From: Adineta vaga
Taxonomy: Eukaryota; Animalia; Rotifera
DNA length: 64,000 nucleotides
NCBI GenBank assembly: GCA_021613535.1
Contig: CP075492.1
Coordinates: 372,001 to 436,000, forward strand
Reading direction: 5' to 3'
In this document: piece by piece, positions 63,181 through 64,000 of the stretch
How positions within the stretch are numbered: position 1 is the first letter of the stretch
Layout of the letters: every line of letters begins with the position of its first letter
Translations under genes and position numbers: made by a program
The notes under the pieces: generated by a model
What the model was told of the DNA's origin: nothing
The model's database searches: none
The model's input: only the letters and a program-made list of their open reading frames with translations

Positions 63181-64000
63181 GAATGACTAGTCAATATCTC
63201 TACACAAACATAACATCACATCAGAACAAAACACATTCAAAAGTAGAAAAAAGGACATTTCAAAGCAAGAGAACAATCTATACCGTCGGTCTAACCATAC
63301 TATACATAACATTGAACAGAAACGAAAAGAAGAACGACAAATCAAACATACCATATACATATACCAGAAAGAAGAAGAAAAAGAATACCCATAGCACGAA
63401 AAGACACACACAAAATAACAACAACAAATTATTCATATTATCTAAAATTTCCTATCACCATATAAATGCATCATTCACAAAAAAAATAAATACTACATAC
63501 AAAATAACCAAAAAACGACCAATATAAAAAAATAAGATCGAAAACTTCCATATTATATAATAAAACTTCATAAATTACTACATTTTTCCATTTATTTATT
63601 TATTAGATTAAAACAAATCTCAGGTTTTCATATATTTATCTTATTATTACATATTAAATTAAATTATATTAAATTAAGTAGAATTATTTACATGAGTTAT
63701 AAAAGTAAGTATATTAGGTATTTGGAATAGATTTATCAAAATAAACAACATCAAGTAAATCTATTAATGGTGACACAATCAAAATCTATGTCAATGGTTC
63801 ATGTTGTTGCAAGTTAATGTTGTTATATGGTTACGTTGATAGCTATCATAGAAATTAAATAATACTTATTCAAATGAATGAATTCAACATCAAATCTTCA
63901 TTTTCAACTCAATTTTTACTTTTCATTTCATTTTCGTGCTTTCATGTTCTGCTTTGTAACATCAATTGTATAAGCAAAAAAGATTTTTTGGCTGGTAACA

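Noticed and set aside
63183-63527. 114-aa K/T/N-rich ORF
   Set aside because: A by-product of A/C strand skew, with no domain features.

Overview
This is AT-rich eukaryotic DNA with very short GT-AG introns (about 43-65 nt). The gene families (ART-TPR, LDLa/EGF-GPCR, PAN+FG-GAP, kelch, IPNS-like oxygenase), an Athena-like retroelement remnant and TGTGGG repeats point to a bdelloid rotifer (inference), in a TE-rich region with heavy gene turnover, possibly subtelomeric. Apparently intact genes: a secreted Cys-rich repeat protein, an ART-TPR protein, a His-rich peptide, a 3-exon PLDc_N-type membrane protein absent from the ORF track, an RNF14-like RBR ligase and a 1563-aa LDLa/EGF GPCR. A giant SPRY-HECT ligase has one frameshift, and there are many pseudogenes. 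Mobile elements: Tc4/Tc5-like, hAT, piggyBac, CMC-like, several MITEs and a solo LTR. Two things stand out. (1) At least 9 polar, roughly 50-60 bp elements (mostly hairpins) are built from the telomere-type hexamer. Most have one fixed CTTGAGGG-like end and one ragged end, show no TSD, and several sit at points where genes are truncated. (2) A hidden array of ten phase-0 single-LRR exons lies at 33.0-34.5 kb. All calls come from manual reading; no searches were run.
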